From positions 1-39,782 of the forward strand of contig CAVSHR010000010.1 in NCBI GenBank assembly GCA_963727625.1: 39,782 nucleotides of DNA. The letters run 5' to 3'. Source of the stretch: an uncultured delta proteobacterium. Its GTDB lineage: Bacteria; Desulfobacterota; Binatia; UBA9968. This document shows positions 36,201-39,782 of the stretch, piece by piece (the first letter of the stretch is position 1; every line of letters starts with the position of its first letter). The position numbers and the translations under genes are program-made. The notes beneath the pieces were generated by a model. That model searched no databases, was not told where the DNA came from, and worked only from the letters and a program-made list of their open reading frames with translations.

Positions 36201-36629
36201 TTCCCCCTCCGCAAAACGTTTCGCGTTGTTTCATGGGCCTCAAATCACTCGAGAAGCCTGCTCAATGATGGGGGAGGCTTTGACTCTGAGAGACCTATCA
36301 CACCGAAAAACTCAGTCAAGCGAGTTCTGATTTTCTTCCGCCCGGAATTTGTCTGCGGCTTTACTACCAACATAAACGGTTTCGCTGACCGAGCGATGGG
36401 TCAACAGAATGCACACTTGAGAGATTTAACCGCAGCTCGGACATGAAATCAGCTTAAGCGGCGTGCGTCCAATGGGTTTCAATAGACCCTTCTTGAACGC
36501 CAAGCGGGACACCCGCACCATAGAGCCATCGCGGAAACATCGCCTTTCGGTCCCATTTAAATCGTCATGCATCAGGCGTTGAAGTATCGACTTGTTTTTC
36601 GGCGTCGAGTTTTCTATAAGAGCCAAACC

Positions 36630-36953
36630 ATGAAAATCATGCGACTCTACTCCGGGTCAGATGGCCGGTCACATTTCGATGCGATCGACGTGGAGATCGA
36701 CAAACTTCATCTTGGCGAAGGCATCGTTTTCCGCCACGTTGCCGCCAATTATATCAATAGCTGGCATACCGCGCCGCGCCGACAATACGTCATCAACCTC
36801 TCGGGCCAGAGTGAAGTTGAGATCGGCGACGGAACCAAACGAAAGTTGGGTCCTGGGGATATCTATCTGGCGGACGATACCACCGGTCAGGGCCATATCT
36901 CGCGAGCCGTCGGCAACCAGCCGCGTGTCTTTGTGACGATCCCTTTGAAATAA
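36630..36953 (+). CDS. Cupin-like protein
   Basis: RLYSGSDGRSHF, WHTAPRRQYVI.LSG..E...GDG, DDTTGQGH.SR. Confidence 0.85.
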   Translation: MKIMRLYSGSDGRSHFDAIDVEIDKLHLGEGIVFRHVAANYINSWHTAPRRQYVINLSGQSEVEIGDGTKRKLGPGDIYLADDTTGQGHISRAVGNQPRVFVTIPLK

Positions 36954-37130
36954 TGGGAATCGCATTAGCCGAGAGCAGCGTCGACGAGGTCTACTAGGTC
37001 GAAGAAACTTAAAATTGATAACCAATACATCCGCAAGCCTCAGCCTTACCAGTGACACATATGCGGACGTTGGTGTTCAAGATGACGCCTTGGCGATACA
37101 CATCCAAGAACCGAGTCGATGGGTCAGTTC

Positions 37131-37922
37131 TCACGCGATCAGAAAACCGCCATCGACCACGATTGATTGGCCGGTGAGATAATCGCTTGCCGGCGCCGCA
37201 AGGAAAACGGCAGTTCCAACCAGGTCCGTTGGATAACCGCGCCGTGCCATCGGGACACGGCTGTGAAATGCGCTTGTGAATGTCGGATCATCGAACAGCG
37301 ACTTGGTCAGATCCGTTTCGATATAGCCGGGCTCAAGGCAATTCACGCAGATGCCGTCCGACGCCCACTCGACGGCCAGGGTGCGCGTTACTCCCTGCAC
37401 GCCGCTCTTGCTTGCGGTATAGGGCGCGCGGTGCCGGGAGCCCTTGTCGCCGGCGATACTGCCGATGTTAACGATCTTGCCCTTCCCTCGATTCGGCTCG
37501 GGAGCAAATCGGCGGGTCTCGATCCAGTATCGGCCGACCGCCTGGGAAGTAAAAAATAGACCCTTCAAATTCAGATCGAGCACGGCATCCCAATCTTCTT
37601 CGCTAATCTCCGCCGACGGTCCGCGGCGGTTGCCGCCCGCCACGTTGACCAAGATATCAATCTGCCCCATTCGGGCGAGGACTTCGCCCACGAGCGTCTG
37701 AATCTTTGCCACGCGCGATACATCGGCGGCGAACACTTCTGCGTGCGCTCCCTGGGCACGAATCCCATCGGCAACCTGAAGAAGGTCTGCCTCCGTACGG
37801 CTGGAGAGCGCAACGCTTGCACCCGCCTCCGCGAGCCCCTGAGCGATCGCGCGCCCTATCCCCCGCGAGGCCCCGACAACCAGCGCCACGCGCCCGGAAA
37901 GATCAAACAGACTGGATGCCAC
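37131..37922 (-). CDS. SDR family oxidoreductase (gluconate 5-dehydrogenase-like)
   Basis: GASRGIG, NVAG, NIGS, YTASK, PGYIETDL, TGQSIVVDGG. Confidence 0.93.
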   Translation of the reverse strand: MASSLFDLSGRVALVVGASRGIGRAIAQGLAEAGASVALSSRTEADLLQVADGIRAQGAHAEVFAADVSRVAKIQTLVGEVLARMGQIDILVNVAGGNRRGPSAEISEEDWDAVLDLNLKGLFFTSQAVGRYWIETRRFAPEPNRGKGKIVNIGSIAGDKGSRHRAPYTASKSGVQGVTRTLAVEWASDGICVNCLEPGYIETDLTKSLFDDPTFTSAFHSRVPMARRGYPTDLVGTAVFLAAPASDYLTGQSIVVDGGFLIA

Positions 37923-37980
37923 GATGAATCACTCGCCTCTAAGCCCTGCTGATCCTAAACACTCACTTCATTTGCTCGCT

Positions 37981-38328
37981 CTATCGTCGTCTTAACGTTC
38001 GTAGAGCCCGACTTCTAGCTGCATGCGGCAACTGTCTCAGTGGTATGAACAGCACAGGTATGCCGCCCGCGTAGCAGCACGGCGGGTATATCAGATACGG
38101 CTGATAGGGCTGCCGAAAGAGTTCGTAATGCACGACATGAAGGTCGTAGTAGGGATCATTTTGGCGCAAATAGTCTAGATACTGTTGCCACTGCTCGTAT
38201 TGCAAATATTGCTGATATTGAATATCCGCGTACTGAGAGGAGTAGGGAACGTATACCTGTGCCGGAAGGTTGCGTGCGGCCAGGAAAAGCAGACTAAAAA
38301 GTCCCATCGCCAAAATAGATGCTTTCAT
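37981..38328 (-). CDS. Hypothetical secreted Tyr/Gln/Pro-rich small protein
   Basis: Signal-peptide-like MKASILAMGLFSLLFLAA, RBS GGAGG, low-complexity QYQQYLQYEQWQQYLDY. Confidence 0.65.
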   Translation of the reverse strand: MKASILAMGLFSLLFLAARNLPAQVYVPYSSQYADIQYQQYLQYEQWQQYLDYLRQNDPYYDLHVVHYELFRQPYQPYLIYPPCCYAGGIPVLFIPLRQLPHAARSRALRTLRRR

Positions 38329-38519
38329 CGGCTAGCCCTCCCCAAAAGTCGGAATATCGACAGCGGAATAAATATAAGGACACAAGACATACGAGGTCAA
38401 GAGAGGGGTCAGGAAAGCGATGCGTATGGCTTTCCCCTTGTGCTGCATTTAATTTTTCCGCCCCTTGGCGCTCTTTGCGCCTTCGCGGGAGTCAGTTCGT
38501 TTTCCGATTCTGCTAACGC

Positions 38520-38857
38520 TTACCGAGCGCCCGGTCGTAAATAGGATAGATCGATATACTTCTCCACCCGGCGGGATTGGAAGATTAAGAAAACCCATCT
38601 CGGCGCGCAGTTCAAGTACGGACTGGACTCTGGGAAGATTCATCGCCGCTTGCGAATACATGCCGTAGTCTGAATCTAAAAGCACATCTAACGTCTCCGC
38701 CGCCGCTTTATCTTCAAAACCGTTGTGACTTTCAAGCAGCACCAAGCATGGGGCGCGATTGCTTACGTCGAAACGCCATAGCGTCGCCTCAATGTAAGCA
38801 CGAATGTAACTGACCAGCAGTTCGGGGTTCTTTTCCGCCCAGGAGCGCTGCGCAGCG
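38520..38857 (-). pseudogene. 3' fragment of an SsuA/NMT1-like ABC substrate-binding protein
   Basis: AAQRSWAEKNPELLVSYIRAYIEAT.W...VQSVLELRAEMG, then a frameshift at ~38568 into EKYIDLSY. No start codon or N-terminal half. Confidence 0.7.
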
Positions 38858-39038
38858 CAACGACACCATAGATCAAGGGATGGCTGATGCAGAAAATCGC
38901 CCGCTCGATAGCAATTTCCTCAGTTGGGAAATGAGGCGGAAAGCCGTGACGTTCGGCAACGCCTTTGAAGGCGTCGTAAATAATACGGCCGCAGCTCTCC
39001 GCGTCGACGGGAACGGCGGCGCGGATGACTATGTCCAT
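38858..39038 (-). pseudogene. 5' fragment of a GNAT-family acetyltransferase
   Basis: MDIVIRAA...DAESCGRIIYDAF..VAERHGFPP.FP...HP.IYGVVA, after which similarity ends abruptly. Confidence 0.7.
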
Positions 39039-39040
39039 GG

Positions 39041-39487
39041 CTAAACTCCGTGCTCTGAAGATTTCGCCACACCGAGCTCGATTAACATGCCCAACTCATC
39101 CCGGCTTACCCATTCCTCAACAATTTTCCCATCACGAAATCGAAATATAGCGATTGCCGACCAGGTGACTGTTTTTCCCGCCACGGCATGCCTACCCAGA
39201 CGACTGGTCCAGTCGCTACCGTTTAACGCCCGGTGGCTCAATCTACACACCACGCGATCTTTCTCGGCGATTAGATCGTGGATGGTTGTCGTGAACTCAC
39301 TATACACCTGGAGGATCTTTTCCAGTGCGTGCTTGAATGCATCTAGTCCCCGGATCGGCTCGGAGGCCTCAGGCCGGTGTATAACACAATCTGTCGCGAC
39401 GATTTGGCCAAGTACATCCAGGTTTCTCTTATCGAGCACTTCCTCAAAATAGCGACGGACAATTGCTTTCTGAGAAGCAATAGACAT
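39041..39487 (-). CDS. SnoaL-like ester cyclase / NTF2-fold protein
   Basis: KAIVRRYFEEV, IHDLIAE.DRVV.R, IFRFRDGKIVEEW..RD.LG. RBS GGAGGA before ATG 39487. Confidence 0.9.
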   Translation of the reverse strand: MSIASQKAIVRRYFEEVLDKRNLDVLGQIVATDCVIHRPEASEPIRGLDAFKHALEKILQVYSEFTTTIHDLIAEKDRVVCRLSHRALNGSDWTSRLGRHAVAGKTVTWSAIAIFRFRDGKIVEEWVSRDELGMLIELGVAKSSEHGV

Positions 39488-39519
39488 CTTATCCTCCGCT
39501 CGCGGCCCAACCCGCCTTA

Positions 39520-39620
39520 CTGACCCGGCGCCGCTGATCGGGTCGACAACGTCATTGGAGACAAAAAGATTGGCGTTGGCCCCATCGGCACTCAATGGAT
39601 CATAGCTGGGAAGATCCACA
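39520..39620 (-). pseudogene. C-terminal remnant of a molybdopterin oxidoreductase dinucleotide-binding domain
   Basis: LPSYDPLSADGANANLFVSNDVVDPISG resembles the G.N.N.L......DP.SG end motif. An in-frame TAG lies just upstream. Confidence 0.5.
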
Positions 39621-39782
39621 TCCTATTCGATCCATACCCAGATACAAGGCGGTGTTGGTAAAGGCATGTGTCGGGGGCGGCAACGGTGCGCTATTGTCGC
39701 GGATATTATCCCAGCACCCGCATCTGGCTGGAATTTTGTTCGACCGACCGGCGCCAATCGAATTGGCGCGCGCCGCGCCGAT

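Overview
Bacterial chromosomal window. Gene content (4,5-dihydroxyphthalate-decarboxylase-like proteins, an EQQTATSE-type poly-GAF kinase) suggests a Candidatus Binatia/Deltaproteobacteria-like genome, which is an inference only. It has four parts. (1) 1-10860 is an accessory or decay region 3' of a tRNA-Phe, with gene remnants, an orphan 2154-aa A-T-C-C-A-T NRPS whose starter domain resembles oxalate-CoA ligase, a CE4 deacetylase and a frameshifted membrane protein. (2) 10861-21642 is a housekeeping and metabolic block: tRNA-Phe, gshB, RDD, rsmE, prmA, FAH, DUF1015, ArnT-like GT, dihydroorotase-like, decarboxylase-like and PPOX. (3) 21660-33320 is a minus-strand signalling locus: a ~2709-aa cytoplasmic histidine kinase with 14 tandem GAF domains (one frameshift), a four-helix-bundle gene, a single-domain receiver, a sigma54 activator, and upstream a USP-like gene with a -24/-12 promoter. 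(4) 33600-39782 holds small accessory genes (vapBC-like TA, DUF1059, two GYD, cupin, SDR, SnoaL) and more remnants. The most unusual signals are: heptamer-built inverted repeats at stop-to-start junctions inside operons, one pair enclosing the four-helix-bundle (IVS/Avd-like) gene; the modular 14-GAF kinase with heptad-quantised, DNA-homogenised linkers; the oxalyl-type starter NRPS; and a 5-codon MCGRV leader ORF abutting a terminator upstream of the GYD genes. All calls were made by eye, without database searches.
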